From Labilithrix sp. (GTDB lineage: Bacteria > Myxococcota_A > Polyangia > Polyangiales > Polyangiaceae): a stretch of 64,000 bases of DNA. Shown in pieces: positions 62,097 to 64,000 of the stretch (position 1 is the stretch's first letter; each line of letters begins with the position of its first letter). The notes under the pieces were generated by a model. It was not told where the DNA came from. It worked only from the letters and a program-made list of their open reading frames with translations, and searched no databases. Position numbers and translations under genes: made by a program. The stretch spans positions 29,611 through 93,610 of the forward strand of contig JAHBWF010000005.1 of the NCBI GenBank assembly GCA_019637105.1, given 5' to 3'.

Positions 62097-63053
62097 ATGG
62101 CTCAACCGTCCGTTTCGAAGTTGCTCGAAGGTCTCCCGACGAACTGGGGCCGGTGGGGGAAGGACGACGAGATCGGCGGCCTCAACTTCCTGACCAAGGA
62201 AGAGGTCGCGCGCGGCCTCGCGTCGATCGAGTCGCACGCGACGTTCGCGCTCTCGGTGGTCATCAACTCTCCGAAGGGAGATCCCGTCTGGCCCGGCCGG
62301 AGCGGCGCGGTGAAGCTCATGACCCAGGACAAGGGGAGCTACGTCTCGGGCAAGCTGCAGGCGCTGCCGGGCGGCCTCGAGTACGCCGACGACTACATCA
62401 CGATGTTCCTCCAGGGTTCGACCCAGTTCGACGGCCTCGGCCACACCTGGTACGACGACAAGCTCTACAACGGCTTCGACGCGCACACGACGCTCGCCGG
62501 CCTCGACAAGGCGAGCGTGCTGCCGCTCGCGGAGCACACCGCGTCGGGCCACGCCGTGCTCCTCGACGTCGCGCGCTCCCGCGGGAAGCCGCGCCTCGAC
62601 CGCGGAGAGCTCATCACCCTCCAGGACTTGCTCGACTGCGCGGCGAAGCAGGGGACGAAGATCACGAAGCACGACATCCTGCTCGTCCGCACGGGCTGGC
62701 TCAACCTCTTCTACGACGAGGGACCGGCGAAGTTCTACGAGCCCCCGTTCGTGGAGCCCGGCCTCGTGTTCTCGCGCGAGCTCGTCGAGTGGTTCCACGA
62801 CACGGAGATCCCGCTCTTGGGCACGGACACCATCGCGAACGAGGTCACGATCGATCCCCAGACCGGCATCGTGCTCCCGCTGCACAGCGCGCTGATGCGC
62901 AACCTCGGCGTCGTCTTCAACGAGATCCTCTGGCTGGAGGACCTCGCCAAGGACTGCGCGGGCGACGGCCGCTACGATTTCTTCTACACGGCCGCGCCGC
63001 TCAAGATCTTCCGAGGCACGGGCGCTCCCGTGAACCCCATCGTCATCAAGTGA
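62097..63053 (+). CDS. Cyclase/kynurenine formamidase-like metal-dependent hydrolase
   Basis: NWGRWGKDDEIG, QGSTQFDGLGH, DILLVRTGW, GTDTIANE and APLKIFRGTGAPVNP motifs; SD AGGAGG. Confidence 0.9.
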   Translation: MAQPSVSKLLEGLPTNWGRWGKDDEIGGLNFLTKEEVARGLASIESHATFALSVVINSPKGDPVWPGRSGAVKLMTQDKGSYVSGKLQALPGGLEYADDYITMFLQGSTQFDGLGHTWYDDKLYNGFDAHTTLAGLDKASVLPLAEHTASGHAVLLDVARSRGKPRLDRGELITLQDLLDCAAKQGTKITKHDILLVRTGWLNLFYDEGPAKFYEPPFVEPGLVFSRELVEWFHDTEIPLLGTDTIANEVTIDPQTGIVLPLHSALMRNLGVVFNEILWLEDLAKDCAGDGRYDFFYTAAPLKIFRGTGAPVNPIVIK

Positions 63054-63060
63054 GGATCGC

Positions 63061-64000
63061 ATGGCGTCCACCGAGAAAAATGCCGCGAAGCCCTGGCTCT
63101 CGGTCTACTCCCCGTGGGTACCGGAGTCCCTCCCACCGCCGACGACGAGCATGATCGAGGTCTTCGAGGCCACGGCCGCGAAGTCGCCGGGCGCGCCCGC
63201 CATCCACTACTTCGATCGCACCGTCGCGTACGGCGAGCTCGACGAGCTCGCGACCCGGTTCGCGACGCTGCTCGCATCGTGGGGGATCGGGCACGGCGAC
63301 CGCGTCGCGCTCTACCTGCAGAACGTCCCGCAGTACGTCGCCGCCCTCTACGGCCTCTGGAAGCGCGGCGCCGTCGCGGTCCCGCTCAACCCGATGTTCA
63401 AGGAGAGGGAGCTCGCGTACCACCTCGAGGACTCGGGCGCGCGCGTCCTGGTGGCGCACGAGTCGCTCTACGACACGGTCGCGCGCGACGTCGTCCCGAG
63501 CTCGAAGGTCGAGCACGTGCTCACGACCTCCGAGCTCGATCTCCTCGGCCCCGAGGCGCCGCCGACGTGCTTCGCGGCGAGCAAGAAGCTCGACGCGAGC
63601 GCCCTCGGGACCGTCGACTTCATGCGCGCGCTCGCGGAGACCACGCCCGATCCCGCGGCGCGCGTGGCGGTCGGGCCCGGAGACCTCGCCTCTCTCGGCT
63701 ACACGTCCGGGACCACCGGCCAGGCGAAGGGCGCGAAGACCACGCACTCGAACATCGTGTACAACGGCGATTTCTATCGCACGTGGATGCGCATGGACGA
63801 GAGGGACGGCGTCCTCGGCGTCGCCCCGCTCTTCCACATCACCGGCATGGTCGGACACATCGCCGTGGCCGCGACCGCGGGCTGCCCGCTCGTCCTCGGC
63901 TATCGCTTCGACGCCGAGCAGACTTTACGTCTCGCCGAGCGCTGGAGGCCGACGATGACCGTCGGATCCATCACGGTTTTTCTGGCGCTGATGAACCACC
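63061..64000 (+). CDS. Long-chain acyl-CoA synthetase / AMP-binding enzyme (partial, runs off the right edge)
   Basis: Manual translation MASTEKNAAKPWL...VPLNPMFKERELAYHLEDSGA...YTSGTTGQAKG...APLFHITG. Confidence 0.92.
   Translation, partial: MASTEKNAAKPWLSVYSPWVPESLPPPTTSMIEVFEATAAKSPGAPAIHYFDRTVAYGELDELATRFATLLASWGIGHGDRVALYLQNVPQYVAALYGLWKRGAVAVPLNPMFKERELAYHLEDSGARVLVAHESLYDTVARDVVPSSKVEHVLTTSELDLLGPEAPPTCFAASKKLDASALGTVDFMRALAETTPDPAARVAVGPGDLASLGYTSGTTGQAKGAKTTHSNIVYNGDFYRTWMRMDERDGVLGVAPLFHITGMVGHIAVAATAGCPLVLGYRFDAEQTLRLAERWRPTMTVGSITVFLALMNH

Overview
Very GC-rich bacterial chromosomal window (roughly 70-75% GC by eye). The gene content suggests a myxobacterium of the Polyangiales/Sorangiineae type: alternative complex III, a giant TPR protein, atypical Hsp70/J proteins and many Cys-rich lipoproteins. 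This assignment is an inference. I support about 44 protein genes: actAB and heme O synthase, a 4059-aa TPR protein, a DUF4349-ECF-antisigma-Spy operon, an Hsp70 plus J-domain pair, gltBD, a PBP1A operon, rpmI-rplT, assorted metabolic enzymes, a small lower-GC ECF islet, and a TetR-associated acyl-CoA/cyclase cluster cut by the right edge. I found no rRNA, tRNA, CRISPR array, transposase or integrase. Most long ORFs in the track are shadow frames. The best leads are: (1) a translationally coupled operon of PBP1A, a secreted FG-GAP-type protein and an orphan TAT-exported solute-binding protein, with a CxxC insertion in the PBP1A transglycosylase; (2) an unannotated protein carrying a caspase/clan-CD-like His-Cys dyad; (3) a lidless Hsp70 with a 328-aa Pro-rich insert before its interdomain linker; (4) a recurring TAnnnT hexamer 6-9 nt before SD-less start codons, suggesting widespread leaderless mRNAs; (5) a 1.7-kb islet bounded by an exact 15-bp direct repeat and carrying an ECF sigma gene with no in-frame start codon.
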